Source of the DNA: Klebsormidium nitens
Taxonomy: Eukaryota > Plantae > Klebsormidiophyceae
DNA: 64,000 nt
Assembly: GCA_000708835.1 (NCBI GenBank)
Contig: DF237009.1
Span: 186,001 to 250,000 of the forward strand
Direction of reading: 5' to 3'
The translations under genes and the position numbers were made by a program. The notes below the pieces were generated by a model. It did no database searches and had not been told where the DNA came from. It worked only from the letters and a program-made list of their open reading frames with translations. Positions 1-13,200 of this stretch are shown piece by piece. Each line of letters starts with the position of its first letter. Position 1 is the stretch's first letter.

Positions 1-415
1 GTTCAAAAGGTCGGATTGAGGAAGGGAGAGGCTCCGGAAGGAGCTGCAGGTTCTGCGGGGAGCGTCCGATGTCGGCTCGGGTGCATTTTCTCCGCGGCCC
101 AGAAGAGATTGTTGGACCGAATCCAACATGATCATTGGCTCAAGTAGTTTAGGATCGCAGTTCCGAGAAGCGAAGAGAAAGGAAGAAGACTTGGCGCAGA
201 GGGGTTAGGACCGCGGATTGTTGAAGGGGAGTAAGAAAAAACAACAGACCAAGTCGGCTCAGGTTGTTTAAGGACAACAGTCCGGAGAAGAAACAAAAGA
301 AAGATTCGGCGCAGGTGGGCAGCGCCAGGGGGTACTTTCGTCGTCGATTTGTCACCGTATTCCGTTATTCTGTCATCCCGTTATTCCGTTATTCCGTATC
401 CGCTCTCGACATTAA

Positions 416-960
416 TCATTCGCAGTCACGAGCAACTCCGTAACCCGTCTCATTCGTCGTTTCCTCATCCGCAGTCACGAGTCGCTCTCGCCTGGGCGAA
501 ACTCGCCAGAAGCAGTCAAGTGTTCTTCTTCTCTCGACCTCTTTCCGTTGTCCTTCTTCCGGTTTTGCTTCTTAAACCCAGTCATTCCTCAAATGCAAAG
601 GAGCCGCTAACGCTCTGTGGAGACGCGCCAAAGTCATTCCGTCATTTTACAACACTTCCTCACTCTTCAATCTGTTTCGTTTGACCTCTTTTTCTTATAT
701 ATGCCTGCAAATCCATATCCTTCTGACCTCTTCTCTTATTCCTCCTAACCCGTATCCCTTTTTAACCCTGTCATTCGCAGTCACGAGCCGTTCCCGCCTC
801 GCCAAGACTGGCCAGAAACACTTCTTCTTTTTACCATTCCCTCATCGTTCTTTCGACCCCTTTTCCTTCCAACGATATCACTCCCGTGTCAACATACTGG
901 GTTTCATTTATAGTCACGAGCCGCTCCCGCCTCGCCGAGACTCGCCAGAAGCAGTCGTCC
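416..960 (+). repeat. Intronic echoes of the acceptor plus 5' edge of the exon at 914
   Basis: (c/t)ag|tcacgag... recurs at about 421, 471 and 776, versus the live copy at 911. The 471 copy still reads TSRSRLGETRQKQS versus TSRSRLAETRQKQS. Confidence 0.85.
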
Positions 961-2335
961 GTGAGCGAGGCCCTCAGCCGGAGCCTCGCGGAAGAGCAGG
1001 CGAAAGCAGCGGTGCAGCTCCGGAAGCGGTGCGAAGCCGCGGAAGAGAAGCAACTAGAGGCGGAGCAAAAGCTCGCGGCCGCGCTGCGCGCGATCGAGGA
1101 ACTGCGGGCGCGACCGGAGGAAGCGCGAGGGGGCGGAGGCGGAACCGGAAGCGGGAGCGGAACCGGAACTGGGGCTAGAAACGGGAGCGGAAGCGGAAGC
1201 CCACATGGAGGCGGCAGCGGAAACGGAAGCGCAAGCGGAAGCGCAAGCGGAAACGGAAGCGGAGTCCGGCCGGAACTTGGACGGTCGAACGGCGTGGCGG
1301 AAGTGGGGACAACTAGTGCGGGGGGAAAAGAGAACGCGGGAGGCGGAGCTGAGTCCAATTTTCAGATTGGGGTGGGGAAAAAGAATGCGGTGGGCGCGAG
1401 CAGGCTGCGGCCCGCGAGTGCGCACCCCCGTCTGCAGGTGACGCTTCCGCCGGAAGTGGAGGCGAACGGAACGGAACGGGAGCGGCAGGCGGATAATCCA
1501 AGGGAAGCTGAACGTGCGAAAGAGGTAAGAGTACTGGGGCTACGAAGCTGAGACGGCGCCAAGCGACCGGGCCAAAGTGCTTTTTTCCAATCGAGAAGTT
1601 CAGAAGTAGAGCGGGAACAATCGTCTCAACAGCCAGCTTGTTAAACCTTAACACATCGCTGCCTCAGATTGAAGAATCTTGCAGACAGCATTTGGCAGAG
1701 AAGAGCTCAGAATAAGAACGGATCACATTCTCGTTCCGGTGATTGGCTGGCAATCAAAGTCTGATTCAGGATCTGGGATCTTAAGTTGAACCGACTCGCC
1801 TCGAAAATTCAAATCTAAAAGAACAACGCTTCGAGAGTCGCTTCCCTTTGGCCGTTTCGCAGATCGCGGAGATCGTCACATCCGACGTCGTAATCCTTGA
1901 TTTGACATCTTTTTTTAAACGCATGTTTTCCGTTCCGTTCCGCAGCCTTGTCCAACGGAACGAGCGGACCTGGCCATCAAGCTGCTGGAGGCGCAGCAGT
2001 CGGAGGCCAAGTGGCGGCGCCGAGCGAAAATTCTGCAGGAGACGAACGCGCGGCTGGAGGCGACGCTGCTGCAGCAGAAGACGGGGAACGTGAGGCTTTT
2101 TAACCTTTAAACAGCGCTATCGTTCGAATTGAATATAAGGACTCCAGTCTGCAAAGTTTGGCAAGGGGGGTTGGAAAGTTTGACAGGACATATTCTGATA
2201 TCAGGGTTTCGGACAAAGCGTGCCTAATCAAAGGAAAGTTCTGGAGCGTTTTTTTCTCAACTTCAGAATCTCGACGGCAGTGGTCCGATTTGTGGTCGTC
2301 TCCCGGCCATTTTGCCTCCTGCGGGCCGCCTGTAG
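914..2335 (+). CDS. 3' exons of an unidentified coiled-coil protein (5' exons not resolved, probably extending off the window)
   Basis: join(914..1437,1946..2089,2267..2335). AG/GT junctions are phase-consistent. Heptad-like E/A/K/Q-rich helices (SRSRLAETRQKQSS...EQKLAAALRAIEEL; ERADLAIKLLEAQQSEAKWRRRAKILQETNARLE) with a Gly/Ser linker. The last exon is the least certain. Confidence 0.6.
1135..1265 (+). repeat. Coding hexamer repeat (gcggaa/ggaagc) encoding a Gly-Ser/Thr linker
   Basis: Degenerate tandem hexamers translating to GTGSGSGTGTG...GSASGSASGNGSG. Confidence 0.8.
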
Positions 2336-2648
2336 ACGAAAGTATGGACGGGGACGAAAGTAGGCCGTGTTATATGGATTGCAAGCTGGGGGACGTGTAG
2401 CAGTGACTTGGGTTTTACGCCTCCTAGGCTGACGGAAGCGATGGGTTTGAGCCAGATATCTCTGCGCCAGGTCGCGTTCCTTGTGACTTGACACTTGGCC
2501 CAGTAGATTAAATCAACATTGCTATGTTGATCAGATCCTTGGAACGGCTGCTAGCCGTTCTGCTAGCCCGTCTCAGTGAAGTACTGGATTCCTTCACTCA
2601 ATAAAATCTTAGATTGACACTCTCTGAACGCCCTAAACCATAACCCGA

Positions 2649-2812
2649 TCGATATAGTGAACAGCAACAGCCAGTGAACAGTAACGGAGACGGGTAGGGT
2701 TAGTTTGGGGGTTAGGGTGGCTACGGGTGCGGAGCGGGTGAACCTTTGGGTTAGGGTTTTTAGTAACCCCAAAATGCTTACTGTTCACTGGGCTTGCTGT
2801 TCACTAGATCGA
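2649..2812. mobile_element. MITE-like element: G-rich telomere-like core flanked by ~35-bp inverted repeats (copy A)
   Basis: Left arm tcgatatagtgaacagcaacagccagtgaacagtaa (2649-2684) pairs with ttactgttcactgggcttgctgttcactagatcga (2778-2812). Core is gacgggtagggttagtttgggggttagggtggctacgggtgcggagcgggtg...gggttagggtttttag. Confidence 0.7.
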
Positions 2813-3808
2813 GAAACACCTAAACCATCGGACCTTGCAGGATCGGACGGACGGACCGGTCGCTTCGCTGGACGGGTTCAACAAGGAAGCGCGGGAGCGT
2901 CCGAAGACGGCCAAGCCGTTCAAGTCGAAACCGTTCTTTTGACCGCGATCGAGCTTGCCTGTTCCTTGAGTTGCCATGGGCGCAGGACGTACAGAAGAAT
3001 TGGGGTGTGACGATCTAATCGGACTCAGCCTGCAGGAGCTGCTGCGTCAGCTTTTGGGGGGGAGAGGAGGGAAAGGCTTCCCTTGTGATCGTGGTCGGGT
3101 GCACGTTTCATCAAGCCCCGCTGTTCTGAAGAAAGCATTGGCTTTCAACATGCAGTCATATAGTCTGGACACGTTCGCTGTCGCATTGCGGATGCACTCG
3201 GCAGATCATCCGTCAATTGCCGTTAATGCCTCCGGCCGTTCATCCAGATATATGGATATCAGATCAAGGCCAGCCGTAGTAATTTCATGCAAGGAATAAT
3301 TACAGTAGATCTACATGCATGTTCTGCACGAAACACGACTTACGCGTGCATCGATCACACGGCATGAGTTCGATGCACCTTTTATAGGAAGCTTGCAGCT
3401 AGTGAGAAATCAAAACCCACAATCGAATCTAGATGTGCGGTACGCGTTTTGCGGGTTAGTACGGCCGCCAGAACGCCTAGCGCTCGCCAATCATTTCAGC
3501 AGCTAGTAAGCTGAATAATTTCTATTTGCACACTGTACGTGACGGCCGCCAGCGCCAGCACCAAACCGCGCCAATATAAGAACTCTACCATAAGTGCAGC
3601 TATGTGGGGTCGATCCAAGCACGGCGCAAATAGTCTGAGTAGGTAGACTGGCAAAATTAATCAGCTGGTCAGTCTGCACACACATGCACGCGTGTACACT
3701 GTACAGCGGGATCATATCAGTCTTGAGAAAGACGGCCTAGCTTCAGCGCAGCGCCGCTCACGACCATGCATTGAATCAGCGGTTACTGTTGCCCATTAAA
3801 GCGCGCGC

Positions 3809-6800
3809 TCAGATATCCAGATCGTCGTCCGGGTCCTCGTCCGAGTCCGGCGGCTCTTCATCCGAGTCTCTCATGTACAGAATGTGCCCTTGACCAGACT
3901 CGATAACCTCCCCGTTCTTCAGCTTATCGTTGTGCGCTGCAACCGTGCTTTCGTCGCCACTCTCATAGCCTATGCGCCCGTCCCTCTTTCCTCTCGCTTG
4001 GACGCCGGACAACGCAGGTCGGCCGTCGTATATCTTGACTTCGTGACCGTCACCTGGAGGTGTAACGCGGTTGGTTGAGATTGTGCCGCAAAGGAGGTAA
4101 GTCAAGGATCATTAGGAGGTCACGTTTCTCTTATGTTCTCCAGTTTAGTGGTAGAACAGTCTAATTATACTTTTGAGGCAGATCCGAGGACAATTCAAGC
4201 GCAGGGCCGGGAAACCACCAGGAACCAACGCAGCAGTCTCTACGGGCAATCAAAGAACAGTCGCTTGTTGAAGTTGCATATGTTTTCTAAAGCAACCCGC
4301 CGCCTGAAAGGTTAATTTCTTCAAGGCGAAAATGAACAGCGAGCGGCAACCACAAGCTTGGCTCTTTTGTGGCGGAAACGAGTTTTGAACGCGACGGTTC
4401 CACAATTGCCCGCTCGGAGCAGCTTCACCAAGTCGCGAGCAATGCGTCTTTGAAAAAGGGGTCAAACGTGGATTTTGCGCGATAGACACGAGCTTTCAAG
4501 GTTACTGCAACTTCGCTCAATCCTGGCCGCCTGAGCCAAGTTGGATCCGAATCGATTGCAGGATTTGGCTGATGCTCAGAACTTCGGCCGTTCGATGAAT
4601 AGCCTTTGGGTCATCGCACAGCCCAGGTTCTGGCATCGGGCAAAGTTTTGCGATCGGTTCGGATATAGGACTTGGGTCAGGCGGCCAGGTTTGACCGCAC
4701 CTGCAACATTGGTGAAATGTGTCGACTAAAAAAGTGATGCCTAAATTGCTCAAAGCTCACCTTGGTGCTCGTATGGAAGCACGACGCGGGCTCTGCTCTG
4801 CTTCTCCGCTTCCGACAGCTCAAGATTGAAAGGCACCTGGGGCATGAATAGAAGGAGATTTGTCCCAGAAGCCAGGAAAAGTGGATCATGAGAAGGAGTG
4901 TGGAATGGCGGTACCAAAATAGGCTCAGCCTTAGTTTCGTAAGTCGTTAGGCTTTGTGGACGAGATTATACAGCTCGTTCATCAAGCCCTTCCTTATAGT
5001 TTATGTTTAGCTCGTTGAGGCAGTCTGCGAGAAACACGTGGTCTTGAGAAACGCAACACGCGAGAGATACGAGGGCTAGAGCACCAGCTTGCAGCCTGGC
5101 TGGGCTAGGAGGAAAGTTACGGCCCGTACCACTCCGTCAAGCCGTTCATTGCGACATACCGCAAATCCGTACTGTTGTTCAGCAGGCGACACTGAGAGTT
5201 CAACGGTTTCGAATCTGACACAAAGTCACCGATTTACAAGAAAGCAGAGACAAGCAGGGCATCGTTGACGGCATCCGTTCCTTCTCCAAAGCTTCGGACC
5301 AATCCTGAAGACTGCACGAGCGACACTTATGATCGGACGGATTTGATCTGACGCAAAACCCACTTGAGTAGAGAAACAAGAATTCCTCGCCTCCGGAGAG
5401 GTCGCCGTTTTTGGGGGTGGCGCTCTGTCCGACTGCATACTCGTCGAATTTCCGGCGACCAGTTCGATGTGACGTATCGAACCGTTCAATAGCCAGCAAC
5501 AGCATTAACGCTACGATCCAATCACGCACAAAAGCAGGTTCTTACCTCCGGAGTTGTCGCCGTCTTTGCCGAGGGTGGCGCTCTGCCCGACTGCATGCTC
5601 GTCGACTTTTCGGCGACCAGCTCGGCGACGGACGCCGTCCGCTCGATGGGGCCGAAGCGGACGCCCGAAGTCTCCAGCCAAAACTGCTCCCGCTGCAAAA
5701 GCAATGGCCGGACGAGGATTAGGCCGTCCGTGAATCCCCGCTCTTGAAGGGAAAGCTCAGGTCGGGTAAAAGAGCAAAACGGGCAACTCATAGCGAATTC
5801 CTCCAAGAAAAGAGTTTCGGAAACGGAATGAACTGTATATGCCCACCTCGTGACGGACTTTGCCCTTATTCGTCTTGTGCCGTACGTGGATCCTGCCGTC
5901 CGTGGAACCCAACTCGTGAAAAGAATCCCATGCTCAAACAAAAACTCAGAACGGGCAACTTCTACCAAGAATAATCAGAACATTTTCCGCAAACAAGTAC
6001 TCTGCAAATCCCCACCTCGTGTCGAACTTTGCCCTTTTTCGTCTTGTGCCGTACGTGGATCCTGCCGTCCGCGGACCCCCGCTCGTCCAGCAGCGGGGGC
6101 GCCTGCACGTCGACGACCGTGCTTGCGAGGCGCTCGAACGCCGCGTTTGTGCGCGCGTCGTGGAGGTCGGCGTGCAACAGTGTCAGAACCGTCGATATGC
6201 GACCTGCATATATAGCCTGATAATCATGAATTTTCCCATGTACCATTCTTTATTTTCGAACGTATTTGATGCTTCACGTAAAACCTCGGTGCTGGTGAAG
6301 TTAGAAATAAGAAGCAGACGGCACGTCCATCAAAGTGCTCGCGGGGCGCTCAAAGGCCGCGGTTGTGCGCGCGCCGCGGAGGATTGCATGGAGGAGCGCC
6401 AGAACTGTCGACATGCTGCCTGCACTTGAGAAGACGTCTTCGTTATCAGGCTCCTTGATGCTTAGCGCGTGAGAGTCCCGGAGCTCAGCGAAGTTGAAAT
6501 AAAACGTGTCGGTCCTTTGACGACTGTGCTCGCAAGGGGCTCAAGGGCGGCGGTCTTGCGCTGTCTGTGAAATATCGCGGGCAAACGCGTCAGATTGGTT
6601 GATATGCGGCCTGCATGACTGGACTAGGGCTCTGAGTCTTCAAGCTGCCGTTCGACGGGGTGTTGACTTCGTCAATGTATTGGCATCGTGTGAGGTTATT
6701 TTTCGGGGAGGGGCTGAAAGGGCCGACCGTGCACCATTGTAGATTTCAGCCCGCGGGAGCGTAACAGGAATATTGTGGTACATATCAAGGTTCGACGAAA

Positions 6801-9333
6801 GATACAAGCATCAATGGCCTTCGCATCGCTTCTAATACGAAAGACACAGTGTTGAAGGTCTTCAAGGACTTTGAGTCGAGCAATTTAAGTCGCAAGGATG
6901 TTGAGTATCCAGGATGTGGCATTTGGAGAGCCTGAAAAGAAGCTCCGACATATGCTGAGAACCATTCAGGAACCCCTACTCACACGGGCCGGCCATGTGT
7001 TGAGGTAACGCGTTCAGGATACAAATTTCTCGTGCCAGAGCGATATTGCAAGGTCATATCCTGGTTTCACAACAATAGACTCGCATCTGAACGTCTTTCA
7101 GAACGAACGGCAACACTCACCGCTCCATCGCAGCCACTCCAGAAAAGCCAGGACCTTCGAAGTAGCGCAGTATTGGAGCAGAGTTGACATCTGCAGCAAG
7201 AGAATTTTCTCGTCAATGATAGGTTTCATGGACCTCTGAGCCACACGGGCAAAACTTGCTGAGTGGTTCGTCGCTCTCGACATACGCAACTTTGCAGTCG
7301 AGCATCTGGTAAGGATAAGTGGATGGCGGTGGCGAAACAGGACGTGCTACAATAGGACGTTGTGCAGACTTCCAAGTACCTCGGAATCTGCTTAACCAAG
7401 AACGAGGGCCCCACGTTAGGAGCCGACGAGAACTCCAAACGCTCGGTCCAAATCGAGGGCGAACGCCTTCTTTATGAATCTCGTCAGGACTTGAGCTGAA
7501 GAAAGTGAACACATGCGCATAGAAAGCCTTATCGAACAGACTCCCAAGTCGGCAGACCCAAGTGGCAAATGACGTGAGCGTTGAAGAGGCGAGACACGGT
7601 GATCTCAAGTTATCGTGACTTCCATAGACTCACCGAGTCAATGACAAGAGCGAGCCGGCCCCCTTCGACTGCATCCTTCAACAAGGCTGCCAAGAAACAG
7701 GGACAAACAAATCAGAAAGGACCTGTTATCCTCGTTGGATGATCTTTCAAAATGACAACGCGTGCTTCAATTATGCTTCTAACATGCCATACTTTGATTG
7801 CTGGGAAGCTGGAAAGCAGGTAGCAGTCTAACAGACATATATCAGGTATCTGACTAAGAAGAAAGGCTGTATCCTCATCATTCCTTCTGTACAACGAGTG
7901 TTAGCTTTGTCGGCGAGGCGTGATTCGCCTGGACCTCATTTTTGGACAGCTTTCAGAAAACCCCAGTCCTTTGTTTTTCTTGCCAAACCACTTCTGTGAC
8001 TTGTTCAAGCACGAAGCGCTCTGAGCGGGCTCACCTTCGCCAGCGTTTTGGATACCCACTTTAAGTCCTTCTAAGGATTCGTCATTCTCAAAGTGCACCT
8101 TCGAGTACCCTCCTCGCTGGAGCTTCCCGAGAGCCGAACTCATCCGTCGTGACGCGTCTTCCTGACCGCTCGACCCCACTTCTGCTGCACGTTGGCTCTG
8201 GTTCCGGGCTCGCACGGAACTGACATCGTTTGTTTCATCTTTTGGAGTTCTGCCTAGGCTGGAGTCTGGCTCGGGGGAAGTTTGCCACCCTAAGGGATCT
8301 GAGAAGCAGTCTAGGACTTGCAGCGGCTCCAAGCCCTCTGTTTCAGAACCGCTGCTCTGATTGAGATGGTGTGAATACTCCTCAGGGGCTCGCTCCAGGG
8401 CCAGAAGTACAGTGCCTCTGCGGAAAGACACAATTGCATGCTCAGCTGTACTTGCCAGAATGTTGTCAAAGTTTGAGAGCGGTGATTTCAGAGCCTGGCA
8501 AGAATACGTAGGTCAAGGGGTTTTTGAGCGCATTCCTAAACAAAACCATGCATTGAGTTACACTCCTTAGTCACCTCTGATGCCTGAAGCAGACCCCATT
8601 GGTTTCGGGACAATAAAGCCTCCAGATAGTAAGCTTCCCAGAGCCAAAAGTTTATCTGCTCTGCACCCTGCCCCACCCTAGACCCCCAGTCTATCCCCAC
8701 CCGTCCCAGGGTGGTTTAGCTGATCGTCCTTGCAGCTTGATGGTTATGAAGTTGACCTTTGTCAACTTCAAAGAAGCACGACTTTCTTTCGCACGCTCTT
8801 ACCATGAACTAAGAGTCAATGCTAGCCACACCAGCTTTTTCACGATCATATATGACATGTTGTATCTGATCTTTTTCGGTGGCAAGGCCCTCAAGAGGTA
8901 AATCCGAAATCTTACGCAATTGAACAGATGGCTGATCTCAAATCACCTCGCAATTTGGCAGACATGTCAGTGCCATACTGTATGGTCGCACGTCCTAAGC
9001 ACTGCCATTGTTGCGGATTGAACCAGTCTATGGGACTCATCCTGCATCATGAAAGGTGCCCCTCAACCATCATAAATATGTGCCATTACAAAGTACAAAA
9101 TTTAGTCCTGCTCAAGCAGTCAAGTAATCAGGTGATCCACTCTGTAGTGTGAATGGGGAAGTCTCTCACCTGGCCTGTGCCCTTTCTTTCTTCACCACAC
9201 TGAGCAACTCTTGTGAAATATGCTGGCAGACTTGAGGGCCCCCTAGAACTTCTGCAGAGTCCCTCACAATAACCACATTGAAGTAGTCGTTCTCGAGCGC
9301 CTTGTCCTTGAATGAGCGCACCACATTCTCCAT
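3809..9333 (-). CDS. ELP5: Elongator complex subunit 5 (~441 aa, 8 exons)
   Basis: complement(join(9333..9170,8417..8035,7686..7634,7190..7121,6203..6016,5692..5546,4836..4761,4053..3809)); all GT-AG and in phase. Plant ELP5 motifs present: VLDCFSDPLGW, LALVIDS, LLHADLHD, VPFNLELSEAEK...VVLPYEHQG, IYDGR and the terminal RDSDEEPPDSDEDPDDDLDI. Confidence 0.93.
5385..5915 (-). repeat. Donor-side echoes of ELP5 exon 6 (5385-5470) and exon 5 (5843-5915)
   Basis: Copies read ELVAGNSTSMQSDRAPPPKTATSPE|gc (donor changed to GC) and ELGSTDGRIHVRHKTNKGKVRHE|gt, matching the 3' ends of the neighbouring exons. Confidence 0.9.
6313..6616 (-). repeat. Two acceptor-side echoes of ELP5 exon 5
   Basis: cag|GSMSTVLALLHAILRGARTTAAFERPASTLMDV (6313-6425) and the more decayed cag|GRISTNLTRL...ALEPLASTVV (6515-6616), versus live cag|GRISTVLTLLHADLHDARTNAAFERLASTVVDV. 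Confidence 0.85.
8665..8712 (-). repeat. Degenerate copy of the G-rich telomere-like core in ELP5 intron 1
   Basis: Reverse complement reads ctgggacgggtggggatagactgggggtctaggtggggcagggtgcagagc, homologous to the cores at 2686, 26585, 26777 and 48498. No clear inverted arms. Confidence 0.6.
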
Positions 9334-10225
9334 TCTATTCACCGCCAGCTACTGATCGAAAGGCCACCAGAAAGATACTCACCAAGTGCTGCTCTGACCC
9401 TGGAATTATTTCAAGATGAAGCGAGCGAGCGAGAACAACTGGCTTCCCTTCAGTAACATGGAATACCTACACGATACCTGTAGGTCTTCAGCTCCGTGTG
9501 ACGCTGGCAATCGCAGCAGGAACAACAATTTCAACATTAAAAGGTTGCACCATGGGTGAATGGAAGTATGAATGAATGAATGAAGTGCCTTCTGAAGTCA
9601 GGAAGCGGGAGCAAATGGTGGTGGTGCAGTACTGGGTGCTGCCAGCCTGGTGGTGGCAAACGGGCCATGGCATTGCAGCAGAGATAATTAGCTTCATCAA
9701 CGTCATGCATGGGCGGACTGTCACTGTGCCCAGAAATATGGACGGCTGGAAACAGCCCTGTTGTCTTGTGATGTCATCCAAAGCCCTTATCGAACGGCTG
9801 AGACTGCGTTCCTGTTGTCTGAAAGTTTCAGAGCTAAATGCCACTAATAATGGAGGTGAAGTCGGTGGCCCTGGGCATGAGGTGAGCCAGCTTGCTTGGT
9901 GGAGGGAGAGCAGGTGGCTGGGGTCTGGGACGCAGCAACGCATGCTCCTGAGGTTCTTCGGTGGTGCTTGATGCTGGAGAGTAGGTGAAGTGTGCGCTTA
10001 GCTGGATGTCTCTGGTGGGTCTGATTTCTATCAGCAAGCAGCCTTCCGGACGAGGCTGGCACGAGCGCGGGAGATACGGAACCGAAGCTTTCAAGGCGTC
10101 CTTATTTTGTCGCACGGAAGAAGCTTGCTGCTTCTCGTTGGGCTTACTCATTTACGCTTCGCGCCTTTTCAGGGCTCGCTGTGCTGCCATCTAACAGAGA
10201 AGCGGGGTTGTGTTCCAAAAGCGCC

Positions 10226-10232
10226 TATAAAA
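10226..10232 (+). promoter_or_regulatory. Candidate TATA box of the DCD-nucleotidyltransferase gene, in the divergent intergenic region shared with ELP5
   Basis: cctataaaaat about 60 nt upstream of the ATG at 10290. Confidence 0.4.
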
Positions 10233-10289
10233 ATCTTCAAGCGGGGCCTGGTTCATTCGATCGTAAGGCCGTAGTTGGAAAGCAAGGCC

Positions 10290-13200
10290 ATGGCGCATAT
10301 GCGCCGGGCTGAGAACTCGGATACTCGCTCACAAGGCTTTGATAGGGGGAGGGGCCACCTGAATCACCATTCGGACCGACCGCGCTATTCCCCACCTTTT
10401 GAAGGGGAGCTTGGAGGGCACCTTTTTCTGACAAACCACCAGCAAATAGAAGAAAATTTTGCACGACAGATCTTTGGTGAGTCAACTGAATCATTTGCCA
10501 GAGTTTTTTTGTGGTTGTTTGTGCTCTGTGGTGACCTTATCAGTTTCGCTCAAAGTTGGCAGTATGTTCCAGGTATTGCATCTTGCAGCCAGTGGTGATT
10601 GTATCCAGTATTGCAAGTGTCCCTTGTCTTTCTTCTGGTAACGAAGTGCTGCTTTTAAGTCTATTAGAGTGCTGTGGAGCAGTTGGTAAAGGTTGGATTT
10701 GTTATTGTGCTTCTTATTGTATAGCTGATACCACACATCCCATTATGTCCGCACTCCGAGCTCATTGCATATAAGCTGTCTATTCTGGAGCAACCTCAGT
10801 CCATAGAGGAGCAATTTTGTTTGATTATGTTGGCTGCTCTGTGGAGGCTTTTGGGGAAGGTTGCTCCAGTGTTCTGCCTCTTCTTTGCAGTGACCATGGA
10901 GAATATGCTGTGTAATTGTTGAGAGGGGTGCCTCGTGCAGCTTCCTCTGATTCCGTGCAGCCTTGCTTAGTAGTCCATTTTGGAATTTTCCATTTGTTGG
11001 CGCAATGCCTGCCCCCCAAATCAGAATGCAATCGGTTGGATTTATCTGGTCAGTTGGCTTGCCTCGATATCCGTTTCCTGGATTTTGGATGTCTTCGTGC
11101 TGTCTGTTTCCTCTGTTTTTGGTCACCTCGCAATTGCAATGTGTTATGGCTGGAAACTCTGCCTCATGTTGGCGCATCATATATATGGAATTCGAAGCAC
11201 GTTTGTTTCGATCGTATCTTTCAGACTTGACAGTTGCCTTGGTAAAATTTTGACAACTTCCCCTCTACGCGGCCTGTGGAATGCACAGTAAACAGTCAGA
11301 GACCTATGTTTGTGTTCTGAGTCCATCTGATTGCACATTTTTATACAGAAAGTTGTCTTTTGTGCCCTGCAATATCAACTGCGCTTGTTGGTGGTATTCT
11401 ACTACTGCTTCCGAAGTTGACAGTCTAGTCTTTCGGTCCGTCGGTTCTAATTGTTGTCTGGTCATGTAGTTTTAACCAAGTATCTGGCTGTCCTTTCAAA
11501 GCCTGCGGAGGCTCACAACTATATCAGGTCGGGAGTACTGTACAAGATGGGTGGTTTGGAACTGCTTCCATGATGATTGCTGAAGTCAAAGTTTTGAAGT
11601 GTGACGCTCCTTGTAGTGAGTGCTGTAACAGGACGACAGTTAACAAGTGGACGTTCTGCCTGAAAGAACCGTATCAAACATTTCATCAATCAACGGGTCA
11701 ACTGACGTCATTCTGCAATGTCCTGCAGCCACCAGCTTTTCCAGAGAACTCCCCTCAGAGGCTAATTCATTGTGCAGGTCTCCCAAAGCAACACGCGCCA
11801 ACCGTGCTCCGCATCAAGGAAGGCCTCCCTCTCTTCCTCTACAATACCTCCACACGTGCTCTGCATGGTGTCTTTGAGGCGAGTGTCATTTCATTGTTTT
11901 GGTTGACCTTTAAAAAAGGGTTGGTCATCCTCCAGATAGCTCAGATGTTCACAGATGGCTGTCTTACACAAGGTGTTGGAGCAGAAGGGAGCTTTCAACT
12001 GAGATGCTGGCAGCGGATGCAGAGAGAACACATCTTCAATCTAGCGAGCACTTAATCATCCGACGTTGCAACCTCAACGCATGTTTCTTTCTGGCAATCT
12101 CCGGTTTTGGAAAACATGTGCTTTGCTGTTTGGTAGAGGCGTGTTGTTGGCCAAGCCATATGTATCCTTTTTGAGCCTGACATTGCTGATGCTTAGGCAA
12201 AGGCACAGCTCGCCTTTGTGCCCCTATTGTTGAACTGAGGCTGGGGTTCGAATTGACCCAAAATCTGTAGTTTTAGAGACCCAGGAAAGTACTTGAGGCC
12301 CTTAGCGGCCGTGCGCAAACATGTGGCAAGCTTTTTGGTCGCTGAATCGGTCTGGAAACAGTTCTTTTTTCTCAATGGTTACTGGATTGTGCGTATGATA
12401 TCCTTATTCCTTGGTTTTGCAGGCAGCAAGCGACGGTGGACTGAATTTAGAGCCAGACGCCTGGCAAGATCACGCTCTCTCTGCCCAGCTCAAGCAGCCC
12501 TTCTCAAAGTTCCCAGCACAGGTGAGAGCAGCTTGAGACAAGCGATTGTTTCCATGTGCATGTTCCTAAGTAGTGATTAGTGCCTCTTGTATGTTGTCTT
12601 AGCTGGGAGTGGTTGAGGCATTGTGAGGCATCAATGTGAATGGAGTTCGGGGGAATCTGAATGAAATTTGGTCAGAGGAAGTTGAAGTCAGGGTAGACAT
12701 GGGGTATTTATTGTGTTTCTTTTCTTCAGGTGCGCTTTCGCGTACGCGCTGACAGGGGAAGGCTCGCTGAGCCAAAGTTTCGGGACATCCTTGACTACCA
12801 TACCAGCGACTACAACACACATTTCCGTCTCCCACTCTCCATAGAACAGGCAAGCATCCTCTGGTCAAGGTCGCAGGCATGGTGATATTGGCTGCTAATG
12901 TAATAGGGGTTCTCTTCTACAAGCAGCCTGCTCAAGTGCTCCAAAATGTTTATCGCAAGTGCTATATACAATCAGCTCGAACGACATATCCAGTTGTAGA
13001 TGCCGACTCAATGTTACTGCGGAGTCGCCACGGTTCAGCACGCTAATTGTTCTGCTGGGACCGCTCCAGGTGCTGGTCGAACCTTGCTTAGGATCTGTCA
13101 CATCTGCAATGATGCAGATTGTCACCTTAGAAAGAAGCGGATAAGCAGCAGAGCAGCAAACATGGAAGATTTACGTTCGTCAAATCTCACCTGTTCCACG

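Noticed and set aside
2632-2828. 10-bp direct repeat cctaaaccat as a TSD of core element A
   Set aside because: It is offset 5-7 nt from the inverted arms on both sides and is not seen around the other copies.
9834-10151. 105-aa minus-strand ORF upstream of ELP5
   Set aside because: No recognisable family. ELP5 homology begins at the ATG at 9333, so this is at most 5' UTR or uORF sequence.
11879-11890. GT donor 4 nt downstream (gcga|gtgtca) instead of the GC donor
   Set aside because: It would break the phase with the next DCD exon, and the paralogue has its intron at the GC position.
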